Origin: a virus
Virus record (IMG/VR): IMGVR_UViG_3300050505_000370
Direction: 5' to 3' (one strand)
DNA length: 64,000 nucleotides
How positions within the stretch are numbered: position 1 is the stretch's first letter; each line of letters begins with the position of its first letter. The notes beneath the pieces are model-generated. The model was not told where the DNA came from and did not search any database. It saw nothing but the letters and a program-made list of their open reading frames with translations. Shown piece after piece: positions 7,310-17,162 of this stretch. The position numbers and the translations under genes were made by a program.

Positions 7310-9595
7310 ATGTATTCCCCCAAAATAATCTCCCAAAAGCTCTCAACTATCCAATCTAAAATAGACTATCGCCCTAAGCCCCTCCAATTTACCCTCCGTC
7401 CATACACAGTAGCAGAATCTCGCTTCTACACTAACCACCTCTATGGGCTAGTTGAGGGGAAATATGTCCCAGGGAAGCCAAAAACCTGGCAATTTAATAG
7501 ACCTCTCCTTCAAGATGAACTTAACTTTATAGAAAATGAGCGAATCCTTTGCCAAAACTCCTTCCTTTATTGCGCCACCCACTACTACTTTGTCAAACTA
7601 TCTCACACCTCCGAGAACCTATCCCTCTTTAGCCCTTGGGTATCCCAAAAGATCATCCTAGATATGTGGTCAGAGGCCGAAGAAGCCTTCTTTGCCATCA
7701 TGATGATCTACCTTAAGGCCCGCCAGCTTGGGGTATCCACCGTTAATGAACTAGCAATAGCTCACCGCATCCACTTCTACACCGAAAAGAATGCCCTAGT
7801 TGCCTCTTCCGACCCCGACAAAACCAAAAAGATGGCGGGGATGATGAAGAGGTGTTGGGATAATACCCCTCCATGGCTTATTGGGGAATATACCATTACA
7901 GAATCTAAGGAACTATGGGCGAACTTCCCAGAAAACAAATCCTCAGTCACCTGTCAGCATGGAACAGGCCTTTCTGGGATAGCTAGAGGGGACTCCCCTG
8001 ATCTTGTCCATGTCTCGGAGTTGCCAGATTTCAACAACCCCACAGCGGACGTTGACGAAGCCCTCATCAACACCATCCATGAGAACCCCACCACCTTCTT
8101 TGTTTTGGAAAGTACCGCCAAAGGGAAGACCGGAAAGGGGGAGTGGTGGTATGAGAAGTGGAAATGGGCCAAAGAGAACTACCCCAAGAACAAAACTCGC
8201 TTCCGCCCTGTCTTCCTCCCTTGGTTTATCGGCACAGACATCTACCCAACTACCACTTGGGCACACCAATTCCTCCCTAAGCCTCTCTCTGGCCCCAAAG
8301 CGAAGTGGCAGCCCTCCAAAGTAACCGCCCTCCACGCCCTCAAATGCAAAGAGTATGTTGAGGAGAGCCCCCAACTCCAAAAATACCTTGGAGAAGGCTG
8401 GTCCCTCCCTCTAAGGCAGCAATATTTCTGGGAATTCATCCGAGCAGAGTATGAGGAGAAGGACCAACTCTTCTCCTTCTACACAGAACTATGCGCGTCT
8501 GACCAAGAGGCCTTCCAAAGAAGCGGAAAGGGGGTTATTTCCATTGAACAAGCGGAGTATCTCCGCAATACTGCCAAAAAGCTCGCCCTTTTCCACGGTA
8601 AGCCCGCCGTTTTTGCCATTATAGGCGAAGGAGTCCAGCCTGAGCATGAACCAGACCTCGATGAAATCGACACAAGCCGCCCCTACATCAAAATTCTCTC
8701 TGATTGGGACCAATCTTCTGACCCAAAGGTCTACTACCTCATTCCCCTCCACCACCACCCTAATGTGTGGGACAAAAGGCTTTTTATATGGGAGTTTCCC
8801 TTCCCAAAAGTCAAAATAGATGGGAAGATGGGGGAGGTTGAACAAGAATACTCAACAGGGGTGGATGGATCGGAGGGGTTGGAGGGAAGGGGGGATAACT
8901 CTTCCATCCAAGTAGTCAAAAAAGGCTCCCTCTTGTGGCAAGCGGAGCAGGTAGCGGAGTTTGTTTGCTCCTCCATGATGACAATAGAACTCCTCCCCTA
9001 CACCCTCGCCATAGGTTCCTTCTTCTCCAAGCGATCAAAGGAATATGTCAATCAATGCCGCCAAACCATAGAGATTAACTTTGGGGGGAGTGGCCTTCAG
9101 CATAACATTAGGCTTGCAGGGTGGAGTAACTTCCACCGTTGGGAAGGCGCTTATGATAACCTAAAGAGAAGAAGCGCCCATAAGATGGGGTGGGAAACTA
9201 ACGCCTGGAGTCGCCCCCTCCTCATGGGTCCTGTTATAAGGGCAATAAAGGGAGGCTTCTTCAAACTCAACAGCCCTTACCTCATAGAAGAGTTGACTAA
9301 CTTGCAGAGGGACCTCCACGACAACCAACGGATAGAAGCTAAGGGTTCCGACCATGACGACCGCTTCTTCTCAGCCGCCCCTGCCTTCTTCTCCCTCCAT
9401 GCTTGGGAACTCTATATGATGAGCAAGGGGGATAAGTCCATCACTCAAATGTTCAAAGGCTACAAAGAAGAGGCTGTCCCAGGCGAAGGGGAATTAACCT
9501 TAGCAGAGGCTATTGCAGCCACAGAGAAGAATAGTAACTATGAGGGGAAGGTTTCTCACTATGTCTATAATAATGTCCTTCCCACTTTGGACTAA
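7310..9595 (+). CDS. terL: terminase large subunit
   Basis: ATPase motifs KARQLGVST (Walker A-like), DLVHVSEL (Walker B-like) and ESTAKG. C-terminal nuclease-like acidic motifs (VDGSEG, GSDHDDRF). 761 aa, located upstream of portal. Confidence 0.85.
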   Translation: MYSPKIISQKLSTIQSKIDYRPKPLQFTLRPYTVAESRFYTNHLYGLVEGKYVPGKPKTWQFNRPLLQDELNFIENERILCQNSFLYCATHYYFVKLSHTSENLSLFSPWVSQKIILDMWSEAEEAFFAIMMIYLKARQLGVSTVNELAIAHRIHFYTEKNALVASSDPDKTKKMAGMMKRCWDNTPPWLIGEYTITESKELWANFPENKSSVTCQHGTGLSGIARGDSPDLVHVSELPDFNNPTADVDEALINTIHENPTTFFVLESTAKGKTGKGEWWYEKWKWAKENYPKNKTRFRPVFLPWFIGTDIYPTTTWAHQFLPKPLSGPKAKWQPSKVTALHALKCKEYVEESPQLQKYLGEGWSLPLRQQYFWEFIRAEYEEKDQLFSFYTELCASDQEAFQRSGKGVISIEQAEYLRNTAKKLALFHGKPAVFAIIGEGVQPEHEPDLDEIDTSRPYIKILSDWDQSSDPKVYYLIPLHHHPNVWDKRLFIWEFPFPKVKIDGKMGEVEQEYSTGVDGSEGLEGRGDNSSIQVVKKGSLLWQAEQVAEFVCSSMMTIELLPYTLAIGSFFSKRSKEYVNQCRQTIEINFGGSGLQHNIRLAGWSNFHRWEGAYDNLKRRSAHKMGWETNAWSRPLLMGPVIRAIKGGFFKLNSPYLIEELTNLQRDLHDNQRIEAKGSDHDDRFFSAAPAFFSLHAWELYMMSKGDKSITQMFKGYKEEAVPGEGELTLAEAIAATEKNSNYEGKVSHYVYNNVLPTLD

Positions 9596-9628
9596 CCTGT
9601 TGACTTTCCTAAGAAAGGGGGCTACCCT

Positions 9629-9892
9629 ATGTCGATGAACCGAAGGGCTTTTATCCGAAGGACTATCTTAGGTGGAGTGGGGTTGGCTCTAACTCCTCTG
9701 GTTAAAGCACTTCCCCTCTCCAATGTAGCAACTATTAAGGAGTTTGACCATCTCTATATCCTAAGAATAGTAGGGCCTAGAATAAGAGATGATATGTTCA
9801 AATGCACCCCTTTTCTAGCCTACCTAAGGAAGAATAGTATGAAGTGTAATGGAGGAACCTCCATCATCTTCCCTTTCAAGGAGGCCCAATGA
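9629..9892 (+). CDS. small protein with twin-arginine (Tat)-like signal and a capsid-N-terminus-like segment
   Basis: N-terminus MSMNRRAFIRRTILGGVGLALTPLVKA. PFLAYLRKNSMKCNGGTSIIFPF resembles PFLAFLRAHALPHSGGAFIQNTF of ORF 14905-16032. Confidence 0.5.
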   Translation: MSMNRRAFIRRTILGGVGLALTPLVKALPLSNVATIKEFDHLYILRIVGPRIRDDMFKCTPFLAYLRKNSMKCNGGTSIIFPFKEAQ

Positions 9893-10503
9893 TCCTCCAC
9901 AACTACGAATGCTCCTCAGGCCATATCTTTGAGGCGATGACCTCTGATGCCTCCAAAAAGAAGGTCTGCAAAGTAGAGGGCTGCCGTCGAAGGGCCTCTG
10001 TGGTCTATCTCCCCCGCCGTTCCTTCGAAACAGCCAAGACCTTCACCCCCACCCTTCTCTACACCAATTCCAAAGGGGAAGTCTTCAACCCAGTCAACCC
10101 CGCCTTCCCCATCCCCAAACGCCTAGAGAAGCACCTTAAGAAGAAAGGGTTCACCCCTATCCACCTCAACACCTTCCGCGACTACGAAAAATTCCGCCGC
10201 TCTCAAGTCATCGTCCAAAGGGACAAAGCTGACTACATCAATCATCTTGAACAAGTCGACTACAACCAATCTCTCAAAAAGGGCTTTGAGGAGCTAAAAG
10301 CAGGGGGATTCATCGAGCTAACCGACGAAAAGGGCCGAATCAAGAAGGTCAAATATCCCCCTCTCGACCAAATGCATCCCTCTATCCGTCGCCTAGCGGA
10401 GTATGCGATGGAGAGGAATGGGGACTTCCGCTTTAGGACAGAAGATACCAATCCCTTTATAGCGGCTTTTGAGAATGACGGGTTGAAGCAGGGAGGTAGA
10501 TAA
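9889..10503 (+). CDS. hypothetical protein (204 aa), degenerate Zn-ribbon N-terminus
   Basis: ATGA overlap with the previous ORF. Confidence 0.55.
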   Translation: MILHNYECSSGHIFEAMTSDASKKKVCKVEGCRRRASVVYLPRRSFETAKTFTPTLLYTNSKGEVFNPVNPAFPIPKRLEKHLKKKGFTPIHLNTFRDYEKFRRSQVIVQRDKADYINHLEQVDYNQSLKKGFEELKAGGFIELTDEKGRIKKVKYPPLDQMHPSIRRLAEYAMERNGDFRFRTEDTNPFIAAFENDGLKQGGR

Positions 10504-10505
10504 AG

Positions 10506-10751
10506 ATGGATGAGAAGCCAATTGCTCCTCCCCCCTCCACCCTTAATAAATTCTGGGGTAACTGTGAAGAGGGGGTCTTCCAATCCTCTGACTATGCTAC
10601 CTATGCGGTAACTGGGGTGAAGACCAATGAAGAAGGAGAGGTTATTAAATCAGGTACTATTCGCCGGACCAAAAAGAAGGCTTATCTACGCCTCTCATCC
10701 AAGCAACGTAGGCAGATTAGAAAGCTCTTAAAGAATGGAGGCAGCCCCTAA
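10506..10751 (+). CDS. hypothetical basic protein (81 aa)
   Basis: ORF in a tight array. Confidence 0.5.
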   Translation: MDEKPIAPPPSTLNKFWGNCEEGVFQSSDYATYAVTGVKTNEEGEVIKSGTIRRTKKKAYLRLSSKQRRQIRKLLKNGGSP

Positions 10752-12982
10752 TGTCCTATATCCCCTCCCCCTCAATCCTCAACTCCAACCCCAATGAACC
10801 CATCTACAAGGAATATGTCTGCCCTCCCTACCCTCAAGGAGGCTCAATCAAGGAGATAGAACTCCATGAGCAGAAGCTCCTTGCTTGGGTTCGTCGATGT
10901 AGAGAAGAAGGAGAGGCCTATTTCAAATCCTGCCGCGCCTATGAATCCCTTGATACAGTCCTAGACATCCTCTGTGGGAAGATAAACCTCCAGGCCCCCG
11001 CTGAGAAGCTCTCCCTTATATTCCTCAACACCATTAAAAGAAACATAAAGGAGATGATCGCTACCCTCGCCAATATCCGTCCCTCTTGGTACTACGAAGC
11101 TAACTCCACCAAAGACCCTAATCTTCTTAAACAAGCGAGAATCCAAAATGGCCTATCTGATGATTGGTATAGAAGGAGATTCATAGATAGAGAGATAAAG
11201 AAGATGCTCCAATGGGCTCTCCCAGAAGGTACAAGTTATATAAGCCCCGTCTGGAACCCCCACCTCGATGGCCTCAACCAAGGGAACATAGAAATTAAAC
11301 ATTATAGGTATAATCAAGTCTATCCAACCCAACTAGGCCCTGAGTTCGACCTCCAACGTGCCTACACAGTTACCATGGAGGAGGAAACCCCCTACCTCCG
11401 AGTCTGCAAGATGTTCCCCCATAAGGCCCATCTTATCCGTCCTGACCGTGGGATGGTAAAGGTTAATAGCCTTTTCCAAAGTGGGGTAAGGGTGGTAACA
11501 GATGCAATAGGGGCAATCCGCCAAGCAGACCAAAAGAAACCTAACCAAACCCACCCCTCCCCAGTCACCGATGTCTTCTACACCTACGTTGATGACTTCT
11601 CCACTAACCGCCTTGACTACCCCATTCCTATGGGGGAAGGGAATAACTGGGGATATATAGTCCCTGTTAAGGGGGATAAGATCCTCTCCCATTATACCTC
11701 CTCAGGGGAGCCAGTCCTCAAAACAGCCACCTTTGAGGACTGCTATCTCTACCCAAACCGTCGCCTTATTATCTCCACCAACACTTGCATCCTCTACGAC
11801 GGTCCTTCCTTCTGGTGGCATGGGAAGGTCCCTATTATTAAGTATAGCCCTGACAGTTGGGTTTTCTCCTATCTTGGCTTCTCAGTTGTCTCAGAGGTTC
11901 TCTCCCTTGAGAAGTCCTCCATTAACATGCGCCGCGCTGTGGAGGATGCCCTTCAACTATCCATAGACCCTCCCCTTGTGGTAGATGAAATCTCTGTGGC
12001 GAAGTCAAAGGCTGGATCCAACTCCATTCGCACCCCAGGTAAGCGCATCCGAGGGAAGCTCCAGATGGGGGACTTCATAAAGCCCATTCTCCCCCCTACC
12101 TCCTATAAGGTAGGCATGGAGCACTTCAATTACATCCAAGAAGTAGAGGACAAAATAGCCTATATAATGGGGGTACCTGATCTCAAGGAACTCCAAAAGG
12201 CCAATCAAATCCCCTCCGCTGACTCCATAGAGAAGTTCTTCCAGCAGGCGGGGGCTATCGTAACAGATATGTCTCGCTCAATGGACCCGGTTGTCTGCCA
12301 AATGGCGGATATGAACCGCTATTATTTCTTCCAGTTCTACGATCTAGCCAAACGTATTCGCATCCTAGGGGAAGATGGGATAACCCCAGAAGACTACGAC
12401 TTTGAGCCCGGCACCCTTATCCCCACTTCCCTCCCCTATGAACCCCTCTCAACCGATGGCACCTCCATTATCTCCTCCACCTATGTCCAGAGGGTAAAGC
12501 ACCACATCAACTCCTTCTCCACTGCTATCCATCCGACTTCCCTCCATCAAATCACCAATATGGCAAGGAAGCTCCTTAGGATGCAAGCCTCTAAGGTTAA
12601 CCCCCTTCTTATCTCCGCAGAGACAATTGCTAAGGATCTGGATATTGAGAATTGGGGACACCTCGAAGGGGATACCGAGTTAGAGAAGAAGATGTCTGAG
12701 CTTAAGATAATGCAGCAGCAGCAGAACCAAGCCCTCTTTGCTCAGGGAATAGTCTCCCTTATCCTCCAGCAACTAGCCCAACAAAATTCCCCTGAGGCTG
12801 CCCTAGGGGAAGGAGCTTCTCAACTAGCAGAAGCCCTAAAGGGGGGAATAGAAGGTGGAGGGGAAGGTGGAGCGGGAGGGGTAGCAACGGGGGGAGCCCC
12901 AGTAGGCCGTCCTCCTTCCTTCAACAATGAACCTAGACAGGTAATAAAGGATGGGGGAACTAGGTCTATAGTAGCTACCTAA
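10751..12982 (+). CDS. portal protein
   Basis: 743 aa, downstream of terL and upstream of scaffold/capsid. Gly-rich flexible C-terminus. The call rests on position and size plus general portal-like character. Confidence 0.7.
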   Translation: MSYIPSPSILNSNPNEPIYKEYVCPPYPQGGSIKEIELHEQKLLAWVRRCREEGEAYFKSCRAYESLDTVLDILCGKINLQAPAEKLSLIFLNTIKRNIKEMIATLANIRPSWYYEANSTKDPNLLKQARIQNGLSDDWYRRRFIDREIKKMLQWALPEGTSYISPVWNPHLDGLNQGNIEIKHYRYNQVYPTQLGPEFDLQRAYTVTMEEETPYLRVCKMFPHKAHLIRPDRGMVKVNSLFQSGVRVVTDAIGAIRQADQKKPNQTHPSPVTDVFYTYVDDFSTNRLDYPIPMGEGNNWGYIVPVKGDKILSHYTSSGEPVLKTATFEDCYLYPNRRLIISTNTCILYDGPSFWWHGKVPIIKYSPDSWVFSYLGFSVVSEVLSLEKSSINMRRAVEDALQLSIDPPLVVDEISVAKSKAGSNSIRTPGKRIRGKLQMGDFIKPILPPTSYKVGMEHFNYIQEVEDKIAYIMGVPDLKELQKANQIPSADSIEKFFQQAGAIVTDMSRSMDPVVCQMADMNRYYFFQFYDLAKRIRILGEDGITPEDYDFEPGTLIPTSLPYEPLSTDGTSIISSTYVQRVKHHINSFSTAIHPTSLHQITNMARKLLRMQASKVNPLLISAETIAKDLDIENWGHLEGDTELEKKMSELKIMQQQQNQALFAQGIVSLILQQLAQQNSPEAALGEGASQLAEALKGGIEGGGEGGAGGVATGGAPVGRPPSFNNEPRQVIKDGGTRSIVAT

Positions 12983-13006
12983 CTTCTAAGGAGAAGCAAA
13001 AAAAGG

Positions 13007-13240
13007 ATGTCCACAGAGCCAAAATCAATCCCCTTACCCTCCCATGCTCTCAAGAAGGTTATAAACACCTATCAAGTCCATACCTCTGACATCGAAGCCC
13101 TCCTTCTTGAGCTAAAAGAAGCGAAGGTTTCAGGTAAGCTTATCATCGACATATACTTAGGGGGGATTGGAGGGGTGGAATTTGAGCAACTTCTCAAGAG
13201 GTATAAGGTTCCTCCGCAACCCCCTAACCCCTCTCCTTAG
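13007..13240 (+). CDS. hypothetical protein (77 aa)
   Basis: ORF after portal, before the terminator. Confidence 0.5.
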   Translation: MSTEPKSIPLPSHALKKVINTYQVHTSDIEALLLELKEAKVSGKLIIDIYLGGIGGVEFEQLLKRYKVPPQPPNPSP

Positions 13241-13357
13241 CCTCCTTTTGGAAAACCTCTTGCATCTCCCCTCCCTCCTATGCTATATCTCCTCTGACAC
13301 ACTCGTTTCCGTTTTGATGTTTCTGGAATCCCTGGAGAGTTCAACGGTAAAACTCGC

Positions 13358-13395
13358 AGAGGTCCACCCCAAAAAGGTGGGCCTCTTTTTCTTTT
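13358..13395 (+). terminator. Rho-independent terminator
   Basis: Stem AGAGGTCCACC (13358-13368) / GGTGGGCCTCT (13376-13386), 11 bp with one G-U pair, loop CCAAAAA, then TTTTCTTTT. Confidence 0.7.
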
Positions 13396-13419
13396 CCTGA
13401 CTTCTCTGGAGGCTAAAAA

Positions 13420-13752
13420 ATGGCGTCAATGCCAATGGGATCAATCTTTAGCGGTGGGGGAAACACCCCCCAAGGTGCCTCTCCAACCGCCCCCTCTCCA
13501 TCGCCTTCTCTCCCCATAGGAGGGCAAGGCCCCGATCCCTCAGCCTCCCCAAATCCAGAAATGTCAGCAGCCCGACAACTCATCTCCCAAGTAGCCAAGG
13601 TAGCTTCTTCCCTAAAAGAACTTGCCTCAACCTACCCAGAGATGGGTCCAACGGCTAACCAAGCTATGGAAGTCCTCCAAGGGGGGATGACCAAGGCTAT
13701 TCAAGGGATGAGAAATTCAGAAGGAGAAGGAAACTCCCCCTCCTATGCCTAG
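13420..13752 (+). CDS. hypothetical protein (110 aa), Pro/Ser-rich N-terminus
   Basis: ORF after the terminator. Confidence 0.5.
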   Translation: MASMPMGSIFSGGGNTPQGASPTAPSPSPSLPIGGQGPDPSASPNPEMSAARQLISQVAKVASSLKELASTYPEMGPTANQAMEVLQGGMTKAIQGMRNSEGEGNSPSYA

Positions 13753-13883
13753 ATTGGACCTTACCACTTTTACTACCCATATCCAATCTTCCCCTAGAAG
13801 GGCGGCCTTCCGCACTCCCCTTCCCCTTTCCCTCCCTACCTTACTAACCCTTAAACCCACTGCACCCCCAAAGGAGGTGGACT

Positions 13884-14840
13884 ATGCCTAAGCCAAAACC
13901 AAAACTCGACCCTGATGTTGAGGAGTTCTACAAGCAACTTGTTGACAAAGGGGGCTTATCCGAAGAGGAGCAAGACCTCCTAAACACCCTTCTTACCAAA
14001 GAAGAGGTACAAAAGGAATTCAAATCTGGAGTCCATGCAAGGAAGCTAACAGACCGAGAAGTGGATGCTACTAAGAAGGAAAGGAAGGCCTTTGAGGAAG
14101 CTCACACCCAGAAGATGAAGGAGCTTGAGGATCTCGAAACCTCCCTCACCACCGCCTCCACCTCTGAGGTAGCTGCTATAAAAGCCCAACTTACCTCGGT
14201 CAAGAAGCAACTTTACTCCATTTGGGAGAAAGCTCAGGAATACAAAGGGGGGAATGAGTTCCTTAAGGAGGTTGGGTTAGAGGATGTTTCCAAGATAGGG
14301 GACACCCCTCCCACCAAGACCAAGAAGGACGACGCCCCTACCCCTACAGCAGAGGAAATCCTCAAGCAGGTAGAAGGGTCAGTCTCCACTGACATAAAGC
14401 GCCTTGCTCAATGGACGGTGGACTCCCGCAAGATAGAGAGGGAGTATGAAGCCCTTACTGGGAAGCAGATAGATTGGGATGACTTCCAAACCAAGATAGT
14501 AGCAGCCAAGGGGGACTACGCAAAGGCCTACCTAGAAGGCTATGACATCCCTGCCCTCCGTGAGAAGAAGAAAGAATCTGAGATAGAAGCTCGCCTCCAA
14601 AAGCAATTTGACGAAAAGCTCTCCCAAGAGCGGGCAAAGCTCTCCCTTCCTACCAATGAAAGGAAGATGGAGGGGAGTGACTTCTACAAAGCAGTGGAGT
14701 CAACCGTCTCCCCCGAGGAGAAAAAGGCTAGGGAACTTGTTGCCCCCGGCATCACCGATAAAGCAGAAACAATTTCAGCCGCCGCTTCCATGTTCTCTAA
14801 GATAATGGCGAAGAAGGAGAAGGAAGAGGCGACTGTTTAA
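13884..14840 (+). CDS. scaffolding-like protein
   Basis: 318 aa, Lys/Glu-rich and predicted helical, immediately upstream of the capsid gene. AAAGGAGG upstream of ATG. Confidence 0.55.
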   Translation: MPKPKPKLDPDVEEFYKQLVDKGGLSEEEQDLLNTLLTKEEVQKEFKSGVHARKLTDREVDATKKERKAFEEAHTQKMKELEDLETSLTTASTSEVAAIKAQLTSVKKQLYSIWEKAQEYKGGNEFLKEVGLEDVSKIGDTPPTKTKKDDAPTPTAEEILKQVEGSVSTDIKRLAQWTVDSRKIEREYEALTGKQIDWDDFQTKIVAAKGDYAKAYLEGYDIPALREKKKESEIEARLQKQFDEKLSQERAKLSLPTNERKMEGSDFYKAVESTVSPEEKKARELVAPGITDKAETISAAASMFSKIMAKKEKEEATV

Positions 14841-14904
14841 CCCCACCTGAGCAACCCAACAGGTAAGCTAAGGAGGGCTATAGGGAAGAAGGAGAAGGAG
14901 AAAT

Positions 14905-16032
14905 ATGGCAAACCTGTTGGACGAATTAAATGCTACCACTCTGAAGGTAATTAGGCCAAAGGTTATAGCAGACTTGGCATTCAAAAAGAAGTCTCCCTTC
15001 CTGGCCTTCCTCAGAGCTCACGCCCTCCCACACTCAGGGGGTGCTTTCATCCAGAATACCTTCGCCTACGCAAAAAGCATAGGTGGGAGCTACGCGAAGG
15101 GTGATACCTTCGACATGAACCGGGTACAGCTTCTCGACGCGACGAAGTTCGATGTCCGCTACTATGAGCAGAATGATACCCAGTTTGAGGAAGACATCGA
15201 CGTGGAGAACAAAGGTGAGGCGGCGGTTTTCTCCATCATAACCGCCCACCAAGAGGTCCTCATGCTTACCATGAATGAGAACCTCGCCATTGAGCTTAAC
15301 CGCCATGGTCAGCCCTCCTCCACCACCGTTTTGGATAGTCGCACCACCTCTATCAATGGCATCTCTGAGATGTATAACGATGGGGTGACAAACTCTTGGG
15401 ATGGTAATGTCTTCCCTCTCTATGGTCAGCAAACCCGCAATGGCACCATAGGAGCCGCCCTTAACTCAGTTCCCTTCTTCTTTGGGGACTCCACGGGGGC
15501 AGCCGGGCCAGTTACCTATGCTAACCTCCTTGAGCAATACCTTGATGCCTCTGGAGGTGATTGGTCGCCTAATATCTGCCGGGGTAACAAGGCAGTCTTC
15601 GCCTACATTATGGAAAGGCTACAACCTCAGCAAAGGTTTGGTTCCGAAAAGAACTTCATTTGGGGTGGGGAAAGCTTCTCCCTTATGGGAATGGAGTTCA
15701 TGCGGGATGAGTATTGCCCCTCTAGTCGCTTTGGCATCAACGACCCCCGCACAGGTAACTACCTTACCTCTACCTTTACCTCAGCAGCCACCCCCGCTGC
15801 TGCCTCAAACCTCCCCGCCTCCACCACCATCACGGTAGGGGAGACGGTCTTCATGGAGAACACCAAGACCTTCCAGATGCACCTTTCGGACTCTGAGAGA
15901 TTCCGCTTCGGGTGGACGGGGTATAAGGAGGCTCAGAACTCGACCATCGTGGCAGGGCAACTCCTTGTGGCCCTCAACGTCCTCTGCCAATACCCATGGG
16001 CGAATAAGCAGGGGTATGGGATTAATTCCTAA
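14905..16032 (+). CDS. major capsid protein
   Basis: 375 aa after the scaffold-like gene. Doubled GGAG Shine-Dalgarno. A hairpin follows the stop codon. The call rests on position and size. Confidence 0.7.
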   Translation: MANLLDELNATTLKVIRPKVIADLAFKKKSPFLAFLRAHALPHSGGAFIQNTFAYAKSIGGSYAKGDTFDMNRVQLLDATKFDVRYYEQNDTQFEEDIDVENKGEAAVFSIITAHQEVLMLTMNENLAIELNRHGQPSSTTVLDSRTTSINGISEMYNDGVTNSWDGNVFPLYGQQTRNGTIGAALNSVPFFFGDSTGAAGPVTYANLLEQYLDASGGDWSPNICRGNKAVFAYIMERLQPQQRFGSEKNFIWGGESFSLMGMEFMRDEYCPSSRFGINDPRTGNYLTSTFTSAATPAAASNLPASTTITVGETVFMENTKTFQMHLSDSERFRFGWTGYKEAQNSTIVAGQLLVALNVLCQYPWANKQGYGINS

Positions 16033-16045
16033 TTGAGATAACCTT

Positions 16046-16068
16046 CTAGCCTCCCCAAAAGAGGCTAG
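16046..16068 (+). other. Hairpin after the capsid gene (possible attenuator/processing site)
   Basis: Stem CTAGCCTC / GAGGCTAG (8 bp), loop CCCAAAA, no T-tract. Confidence 0.35.
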
Positions 16069-16095
16069 GCTAGTTGAAAGAGAAGGAGAAAGAAA

Positions 16096-16731
16096 ATGGC
16101 GAATCCATTCTTGAACACAATGCAACTTGCAGAGGGGTATCTCAATGGGGGAGGTGGACCCCTTATTGGCAAGTCAGTCTCCCCAGATAACCTCCCTGCT
16201 GAGGACTATGGGGGCTTACTTGGGAAGGTCCTTGTGGTGGACGATGCAGAAGCCCTTAAGCTCTCCCTAACTGCCACAGGTACCCTCCGGGCAGGTGCTT
16301 ACATGAGGGTTCTCACCAAAGCGGGTTCCGCTGCTGCCCCTGCTAGAGGGATAGGCTGCTTCTGGGATACCTCTGCTAACAATGGCTATAAGCTGAAGGT
16401 GGTAACCCCTGACATCTCTGCCACTGTGATAAGCGACTTTGCAGGGGTCTATGTGGATGTTCCAGCTAAGGGTTCCTATTGCTGGATTCAGATTGGGGGA
16501 CTAGCTTCCCTCCTTGGAGCCGCTGCTGTGGCCTCTGCCGTTGCTGGAAACCTCTGTGTTTTCACTGGCCTTGCCACCAATACCTTTGATGGTATAGCTG
16601 ATGCTACTGACTACTATGCAACTGCTGGTGCAGGTAAGAGGGTAGTGGGGACGTGGTATGAAGCCCCTGCCTCAGGTCTTATCAAACTCGCTTGGCTAAA
16701 GACCATGCAAGCGACGGGGTTTGGCCTCTAA
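16096..16731 (+). CDS. virion structural protein (possible capsid decoration)
   Basis: 211 aa, Gly/Ala-rich, directly after the capsid gene. Confidence 0.4.
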   Translation: MANPFLNTMQLAEGYLNGGGGPLIGKSVSPDNLPAEDYGGLLGKVLVVDDAEALKLSLTATGTLRAGAYMRVLTKAGSAAAPARGIGCFWDTSANNGYKLKVVTPDISATVISDFAGVYVDVPAKGSYCWIQIGGLASLLGAAAVASAVAGNLCVFTGLATNTFDGIADATDYYATAGAGKRVVGTWYEAPASGLIKLAWLKTMQATGFGL

Positions 16732-16764
16732 GCCTCTGGGGAAAGGAAAAAGGAGGATTAAAAG

Positions 16765-17103
16765 ATGGCTGAAACTAATGTCCTTGGAGGATTAGGTTAC
16801 TTCCCCTTTGCTTCCGCTGATGGTTTATCTGCCAAGTTTGTAGACCATGACGGCCCTGCTTCCTACACCACAGGCGGGGAAATAGTAACAGGGGCGAAAC
16901 TTGGCTTCAAGCAGATAGCCTTTATCGCTGGTTCTGTTTCTGCTGATGGGACAGACCTAGTAGAGGGGTTTGTGGGGCAGAAGAAGATGGCTTCCTCCGC
17001 CAAACTTATCTGGTCTGTCCGCACCACTGGGGCAGAAGAAGCCAACGCTACTAACCTATCCGCCAAATCTGTGAAGCTTTTGGTGGTTGGGTTTGCCGCT
17101 TAG
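16765..17103 (+). CDS. virion structural protein (112 aa)
   Basis: AAAGGAGGA upstream; lies in the head module. Confidence 0.4.
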   Translation: MAETNVLGGLGYFPFASADGLSAKFVDHDGPASYTTGGEIVTGAKLGFKQIAFIAGSVSADGTDLVEGFVGQKKMASSAKLIWSVRTTGAEEANATNLSAKSVKLLVVGFAA

Positions 17104-17125
17104 AGTGGGGTAGGGAAGGTGTTTA

Positions 17126-17161
17126 AGGAGATTCAGGAGATTCAGGAGATTCAGGAGGTTC
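17126..17161 (+). repeat. Tandem 9-bp repeat (AGGAGATTC x3 + AGGAGGTTC) ending 1 nt before ATG 17163
   Basis: Four in-phase AGGAG cores read directly. Confidence 0.95.
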
Positions 17162-17162
17162 A

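Noticed and set aside
13167-13400. 77-aa + ORF after the portal operon
   Set aside because: It runs straight through the strong rho-independent terminator (13358-13395), has no ribosome-binding site, and overlaps the end of ORF 13007-13240.
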